A DNA stretch of 64,000 nt, taken from positions 1 to 64,000 of the forward strand of contig JBFMGO010000002.1 in the NCBI GenBank assembly GCA_040752695.1, read 5' to 3'. Positions 59,158 to 64,000 of the stretch are shown here, in pieces. Position 1 is the stretch's first letter; each line of letters starts with the position of its first letter. Position numbers and translations under genes: made by a program. The notes under the pieces were generated by a model, which was given only the letters and a program-made list of their open reading frames with translations, had not been told where the DNA came from and did no database searches. This stretch comes from a bacterium (GTDB lineage Bacteria; SZUA-182; DTGQ01).

Positions 59158-60165
59158 ATGAGTAAAGTGAAGGTCGAACGGTCTGCACTGGAAGGCGATT
59201 CATTCAAGACATTCATGGAAAAGAAGGATCCTCTTTTTCAGTGTATCCAGCCTCCGCAGGATGCACGCTTTCGGCTGGTTCCCTTTCTGAGTACAAAAGG
59301 TGAAGGGAGTGCAGGTCCAATAACTGACAGCGGGGGGAAAAAAGAGGAGGAAGCGGAAGAAATGTCTTCACTGAAGGCCGCTGACGACATTATCCGGCAA
59401 GGCGAAAAAATCGTCGCCGAGGCAAGGCAGGAGGCTGCCAGGATCAAAGAAGAGGCGTATCAAAAGGGTCTGTCTCAGGGCAGGGAAAAAGGGCAGAAGG
59501 AGGGCAGAAAAGAGGTGCGTGGCCGCTTTTTGCCCCTTGAGGACACGCTAAGGAATCTGATCAGGCAGGTCGAGCAGGTGCAGGAGGATATCCTGATCAA
59601 ACAGGAGCAGGAAATCCTCCATTTATGCACTAAAATGGCACAAAAAATCGTGCACACCGAAATCAGCCAGAACCCTCAGGTCATTTTGGCTACCCTGCGT
59701 GAGGGGCTGAAATCGGTCGCCCGGCGCAAGGTGGCAGCCATCAGGCTGAATCCTCGCGATCTGGAGCTTTTCCAGGGCATGAGAGAGGAAATCTCCCAAT
59801 CGATTCTTAATCTGGAGGGGATTGCCCTGGAAAAAGATCCGGGTCTTTTACCTGGAGGATGCCTGATTCAGACCGATTTTGGGCATGTGGATGCAACGAT
59901 AGAGACCCAGCTCCATGAGCTGGAAAAGACCTTTCCCACAATCGCTGACGATGGCGTGGCTGCTGACGATGGCGTGGCTGCTGACGATGGCGTGGCTGCT
60001 GACAGTGCCGTGGTTGCTGAAGGTTCCCTGGCTGCTGATCGTTTTATGATTGCTGACGGCTCCCAGGCTGTTGACGGTGGCGTGGTTAGCGGCGGTCCTG
60101 TGTTCCCTGACGGTTCCGTGCCTGCCGGCAGGAGCATCAGCACTGACAGTGGAGAGAAACGGTGA
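59158..60165 (+). CDS. fliH: Flagellar assembly protein FliH with a repeat-derived C-terminal extension
   Basis: AxxxG(xxxG)n repeats AYQKGLSQGREKGQKEG; IRLNP.D; GGCLIQT..G.VDA; position between fliG and fliI. Confidence 0.88.
   Translation: MSKVKVERSALEGDSFKTFMEKKDPLFQCIQPPQDARFRLVPFLSTKGEGSAGPITDSGGKKEEEAEEMSSLKAADDIIRQGEKIVAEARQEAARIKEEAYQKGLSQGREKGQKEGRKEVRGRFLPLEDTLRNLIRQVEQVQEDILIKQEQEILHLCTKMAQKIVHTEISQNPQVILATLREGLKSVARRKVAAIRLNPRDLELFQGMREEISQSILNLEGIALEKDPGLLPGGCLIQTDFGHVDATIETQLHELEKTFPTIADDGVAADDGVAADDGVAADSAVVAEGSLAADRFMIADGSQAVDGGVVSGGPVFPDGSVPAGRSISTDSGEKR
59944..60150 (+). repeat. 18-bp intragenic tandem repeat (gctgacgatggcgtggct x3 plus degenerate copies)
   Basis: Encodes ADDGVA x3, then AD/xG variants. 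Confidence 0.85.
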
Positions 60166-61559
60166 GTCAGGGCGGGCTTAATCTGGCCAAATACCACCGG
60201 TCCCTGCAAGGACTGAATCCCATTAAACGGTGTGGCAGGGTCAAAAGAGTCATCGGTCTGGTAATCGAGGGGGCAGGCCCTGAGATTCCTCTGGGAGGTA
60301 TGTGCGAAATCGAAGGTCCGGCGGGAGCGCCGCCGATCAAGGCGGAAGTTGTTGGCTTTCGAGAGGACAGGGTCTTGATGATGCCCCTTGGAGAAGTGCA
60401 CGGCATCCAGCAGGGGAGCGTTATCCGGGCGGTGAAGCTGAAAGATGCCGTCAGAGTAGGACCACGGCTTCTGGGCAGGGTCATTGATGCTCTGGCCAGG
60501 CCTATCGACGGAAAGGGAGAAATCCCCTTGCAGGAGGAGTATCCTTTCTACACCAATCCCTTACGGCCTCTGGAGAGGGAGAGGATCTCGCAGCCCCTCG
60601 ATGTCGGAATCCGGGCTATCAACGGCCTCCTGACCATCGGGAAAGGCCAGAAGATAGGTATTTTTGCCGGCAGCGGTGTAGGTAAAAGTGTTCTTTTGGG
60701 GCAAATGGCCAGAAATACCGAGGCAGGTGTCAATATCATCGCCTTGATTGGAGAGCGGGGGAGGGAGGTCAGGGAGTTCATCGAGAAGGATCTGGGAGAG
60801 GAGGGGCTCAAGCGATCCGTTCTTGTCGTTGCCACTTCGGATGAGTCCCCCCTTTTGCGCAGGCGGGGGGCCTTTGTAGCCACCACCCTGGCCGAATACT
60901 TTCGGGATCAGGGAAATCACGTCCTCATTATGATGGATTCCCTTACGCGCTTTGCCATGGCTCAGCGGGAAATCGGACTGGCTACGGGAGAGCCGCCTGC
61001 CACCCGTGGATACACGCCGTCTGTCTTCGCTTATCTTCCCACGCTTCTCGAGAGGGTCGGAGCATCCAGCAGACCACAGAGCCCCTGTGGCGCAGGGAGC
61101 CCCTGTGGCGCAGGGAGCCCCTGTGGCACGGGAAGCATCACCGGCATCTATACGGTGCTGGTTGAAGGAGACGATATGAACGAGCCTGTTGCAGATTCCG
61201 CCAGATCGATTCTGGACGGGCATATCGTCCTGTCACGCGATCTGGCTGCCCAAAATCACTATCCTGCCATTGATATTCTGCACAGTATAAGCCGGGTCAT
61301 GGGAGACATCACTCATGCGGAGCAAAGAGAGGATGCCCACCGCTTGCTCGAAATGCTGGCGACCTACAAGAGAGTCGAAGATCTGGTGCAAATCGGTGCT
61401 TATAAGAGGGGGAGCAATCCGAAGGCTGACCGGGCGTTGAGCATGATTGACCCTATCAACGAATTCCTCAGGCAGAAAATCGGGGAGAAGGCTGACCTGG
61501 ACGCCAGTCTCAAAGCTTTGCGCAGCCTGCTTGCTTCCGTGAAGGACACCGCTCGTTAA
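60162..61559 (+). CDS. fliI: Flagellar export ATPase
   Basis: GIFAGSGVGKS, LIGERGREV, MDSLTRFAMAQRE, GSITGIYTVLVEGDD, ILDGHIVL. Confidence 0.96.
   Translation: MSQGGLNLAKYHRSLQGLNPIKRCGRVKRVIGLVIEGAGPEIPLGGMCEIEGPAGAPPIKAEVVGFREDRVLMMPLGEVHGIQQGSVIRAVKLKDAVRVGPRLLGRVIDALARPIDGKGEIPLQEEYPFYTNPLRPLERERISQPLDVGIRAINGLLTIGKGQKIGIFAGSGVGKSVLLGQMARNTEAGVNIIALIGERGREVREFIEKDLGEEGLKRSVLVVATSDESPLLRRRGAFVATTLAEYFRDQGNHVLIMMDSLTRFAMAQREIGLATGEPPATRGYTPSVFAYLPTLLERVGASSRPQSPCGAGSPCGAGSPCGTGSITGIYTVLVEGDDMNEPVADSARSILDGHIVLSRDLAAQNHYPAIDILHSISRVMGDITHAEQREDAHRLLEMLATYKRVEDLVQIGAYKRGSNPKADRALSMIDPINEFLRQKIGEKADLDASLKALRSLLASVKDTAR
61080..61132 (+). repeat. 18-bp intragenic tandem repeat x3 (agcccctgtggcgcaggg)
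   Basis: Encodes SPCGAG SPCGAG SPCGTG. Confidence 0.9.
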
Positions 61560-61654
61560 GCCGATAAAAAAGATAAAAAATCCTGGAGACAGGAATAAGG
61601 ATTCAGCAGTTCTGGTTTTGTTTTATGACTGCCAGATCTTACCTTTAAAAAACC

Positions 61655-62122
61655 ATGAAAAAGTTTCGCTTACAATCCATTCTCGAATACCGCCGCAGTC
61701 TGGAAGAGGAGATTCAACTGGAATTTGCACAGTCACAGACTCTTTTGGCAAGGGAAATGGAGCTGAGCTCTAAAATTCAGCACCAGATTGACATCTGGCA
61801 GCAGAGGTTACAGAAAAAGCAACATGAAGCAGGGAGCATCTTTGACAGCAGTTATCCGGTACAGATCGACCTTCTTCAGAAGTTTTTGCAATTTCTGACC
61901 GCAGAGGCGAAAAGGCAGGCTGAAAAAGTCCGCTCTCTTGAACTGGCTGCGGATAAAAAGCGGCAGGCGCTGCTAGAGGCCAGGCAGGAGCGAAAGGTCA
62001 TGGAAAGGCTGAAAGAAAAGACCCTTGCGCTTTGGGAAAGAGAAATGCTGCAAGAGGAGCAGAAAATTCTGGATGAAAGAGCCATCAGTCAATACCGGGG
62101 GGTGCTGGATGAAGAAGGATAG
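61655..62122 (+). CDS. fliJ: Flagellar export protein FliJ
   Basis: KFRLQSILEYR..LEE, ERKVMERLKE, EQKILDE; follows fliI. Confidence 0.88.
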   Translation: MKKFRLQSILEYRRSLEEEIQLEFAQSQTLLAREMELSSKIQHQIDIWQQRLQKKQHEAGSIFDSSYPVQIDLLQKFLQFLTAEAKRQAEKVRSLELAADKKRQALLEARQERKVMERLKEKTLALWEREMLQEEQKILDERAISQYRGVLDEEG

Positions 62123-62843
62123 CATGATGAAAAATTCCCCTGCCCCTTTGAGAAGAGGGGGAGGAAACACTCGGTCTGGCCGGTCAATGGCCAGGGAAAA
62201 ACCTTCTGGGACCTTGATGAGGATACTTCTTGGTACAGCCGTGCTTTTTATGGCTCTTTACGCCTCCTTCATGAGAGGCTCCAAAATGAGCCGCCTGACA
62301 TGGGCGCAGGAGAATGCAGCGAGTCCTGAGCCGCAATCAGCCTCGCGGTCAGCAGACTCAACAACAGCGGCGAAATCCGGCGGCGGGCAGCAGAAGAGCG
62401 GGGTCACCTGGGACAGCCTCCGGGAGGTTCAGGAATCCTTGAATAAAAGAGAAGCCAGGATCAGGGAAAGTGAACAGATGCTGGAGCAAAAAGAACAGCG
62501 GATCGCCGGCATCGAGCAGGAGATTGTCAAAAAGATAGAGGAACTCAAGCTCCTGAAGCAGGAAATTGAACAAATGGGAAAGCAACTGGATGAGCAAAAG
62601 GAGCAGCGCATCAAGGAGCTTTCGAAGATCTTCGAGGGGGCTCCTCCGGAAAAGGCTGGCAGCATCTTTGCCCAGACTGACGCCTCGACTGCGGCTGCAA
62701 TCATTATGCGAATGGATAAAAGAAAAGCAGGACGACTCTGGGGATTCGTAGACCCGAAGCTGGCGGCTGAAATTACGAAGAATATTATAGCCGAAGACGC
62801 CAGGGCAAAGAAACTTTCTGACAGACGATCCAGTGGGCAATAA
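62109..62843 (+). CDS. MotE/FlbB-like flagellar protein (TM, coiled coil, MgtE-N-like domain)
   Basis: One TM segment; long coiled coil; LSKIFE..PPEKAG.I ... IIMRM..RKAG ... DPK.AA; start codon uncertain. Confidence 0.75.
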   Translation: MKKDSMMKNSPAPLRRGGGNTRSGRSMAREKPSGTLMRILLGTAVLFMALYASFMRGSKMSRLTWAQENAASPEPQSASRSADSTTAAKSGGGQQKSGVTWDSLREVQESLNKREARIRESEQMLEQKEQRIAGIEQEIVKKIEELKLLKQEIEQMGKQLDEQKEQRIKELSKIFEGAPPEKAGSIFAQTDASTAAAIIMRMDKRKAGRLWGFVDPKLAAEITKNIIAEDARAKKLSDRRSSGQ

Positions 62844-62905
62844 GGTATGGCAGTCTGGCAGGGGTCAGCCCTTAGTAGGTGCAATTTTCAAAAAGGAACA
62901 GCCGT

Positions 62906-63670
62906 ATGGACATCGCCACCGTAATCGGAATCGTTTTCGCCTTTGCTCTGGTAGTCGTTGCCATGGTCATGGGCGGAAGTGTTTTGATCTTTATCGATAT
63001 CCCCTCGATATTGATTACCGTCGGAGGGACAATCGGAGTGAGTCTCATGCACTATCCTTTGGGCGATGTCATGAGCGTAATCAAAGTGGTTAAGCACACC
63101 TTTTTCCAAAAGAAGCATGATCCGCAGGAGTTAATCAAAAAAATCATCGAAATGGCTAACATGGCCCGGAAAGAGGGACTCTTAGCCCTGCAGAATACAG
63201 CCAAAAGTCTTGAGGACCCGTTCATGCGGGTAGGAATCCAGGCTTTGGTCGACGGTCTGGAACCCGATGCCATCAGGGATATCCTGTCCACCGATGTCGA
63301 TCAGATGGACGACCGTCATTCCCACGGCGCTGAACTCCTCACCAGTATGGCTGGCTATGCACCTGCCATGGGGCTCATCGGAACACTGATCGGCCTTGTG
63401 CAGATGCTGCAAAATCTCAACGATCCCAGCAAAATCGGCCCCGGTATGGCTGTTGCCCTCCTCACTACCTTTTATGGAGCACTTATGGCCAACATGATTT
63501 TTCTCCCCTTGAGCGGGAAGCTCAAAACGCGCGGCGCAGAGGAATCCCAGTATCGCCAGATTGCCCTGGAAGGCATCATCTCCATTTCCGGGGGCGCCAA
63601 TCCACGCATTATTGAACAAAAACTCCACGCCTTCCTGCCGCCTAAGATGCGGATATCAAGCTTCAATTAA
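62906..63670 (+). CDS. motA: Flagellar stator protein MotA/PomA
   Basis: MDIATVIG, ARKEGLLAL, APAMGLIGTLIGLVQML..L.DP..IGPGMAVALLTTFYG. Confidence 0.95.
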   Translation: MDIATVIGIVFAFALVVVAMVMGGSVLIFIDIPSILITVGGTIGVSLMHYPLGDVMSVIKVVKHTFFQKKHDPQELIKKIIEMANMARKEGLLALQNTAKSLEDPFMRVGIQALVDGLEPDAIRDILSTDVDQMDDRHSHGAELLTSMAGYAPAMGLIGTLIGLVQMLQNLNDPSKIGPGMAVALLTTFYGALMANMIFLPLSGKLKTRGAEESQYRQIALEGIISISGGANPRIIEQKLHAFLPPKMRISSFN

Positions 63671-63806
63671 TTGTGCCTCAAAATGCATGCACAATTATAA
63701 TGCTTGCTTTCGGCAGATAAACAGACCAATTGAAAAACAAAAGCTGTCGCCATTACGTAAGGTATTGATTTGACAATATATTTTTTCTATTGGTTTTTAT
63801 GCTCAG

Positions 63807-63823
63807 TCGGCATTAATCTTGCT
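63807..63823 (+). promoter_or_regulatory. Sigma54 (-24/-12) promoter
   Basis: cGGCAttaatcTTGCt is a close match to TGGCAC-N5-TTGC. Confidence 0.6.
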
Positions 63824-63907
63824 GGAATAGAACTCACAGAAAGAGTTTAAAACCTGCTTTTAATCGTGAGCTGACGGCCATGAAAATTGAGTAAGAAAAA
63901 TCATACT

Positions 63908-64000
63908 ATGCACGATGATCCAACGAGAGGTAATTTTTTATCTGAAAAGGGCGATGCAACAATCGTGCTGATGACCGCCCTGATGATGCTGCTGATGGCC
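63908..64000 (+). CDS. Partial CDS, probably the N-terminus of a MotB-like protein
   Basis: MHDDPTRGNFLSEKGDATIVLMTALMMLLMA runs to the window edge; hydrophobic segment resembles the MotB TM; follows motA; alternative TTG start at 63887. Confidence 0.45.
   Translation, partial: MHDDPTRGNFLSEKGDATIVLMTALMMLLMA

Noticed and set aside
61540..61567. Sigma28 promoter before fliJ (tgaag-N15-GCCGATAA)
   Set aside because: The -35 box is imperfect and lies inside fliI, and fliJ is normally co-transcribed; insufficient support

Overview
A bacterial chromosomal window with two contrasting halves; its gene families resemble Deltaproteobacteria/Myxococcota-like or candidate-phylum diderms, but taxonomy cannot be fixed from this sequence. 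The left part (1-37 kb) mixes housekeeping genes (glgC, radC, pstSCAB, a cold-shock protein, azoR, a GH15 glucoamylase) with large, modular, Cys-rich exported proteins. The right part (37-64 kb) is a chemotaxis/flagellar region: cheA-W-MCP-R-D-B, a CZB sensor kinase, a hybrid kinase, HDOD, cheY-cheX, a PilZ brake protein, a sigma54 activator, a TPR protein, fliE-F-G-H-I-J, a motE-like gene, motA and a partial motB-like gene. The main candidate for an undescribed system is a cellulosome-like, apparently non-cellulolytic cohesin-dockerin assembly. It comprises a 1420-aa scaffoldin-like protein (beta-propeller, Kazal, Cys-rich repeats, three cohesin-like modules, C-terminal dockerin) and two other exported proteins (a vWA protein and a beta-helix/Kazal protein) that carry the same unusual Cys-rich dockerin. 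Other notable items are a 2070-aa beta-helix protein fused to an 8-CxxCH multiheme module, a two-copy structured DNA/RNA element beside both cytochrome c genes, extracytoplasmic CZB domains in both an MCP and a kinase, an MshEN-like motif inside CheA, and many unrelated short tandem repeats at gene boundaries and inside FliH and FliI. No rRNA, tRNA, CRISPR array, transposase or integrase was recognised. All domain calls are motif recognition by eye, not database results.
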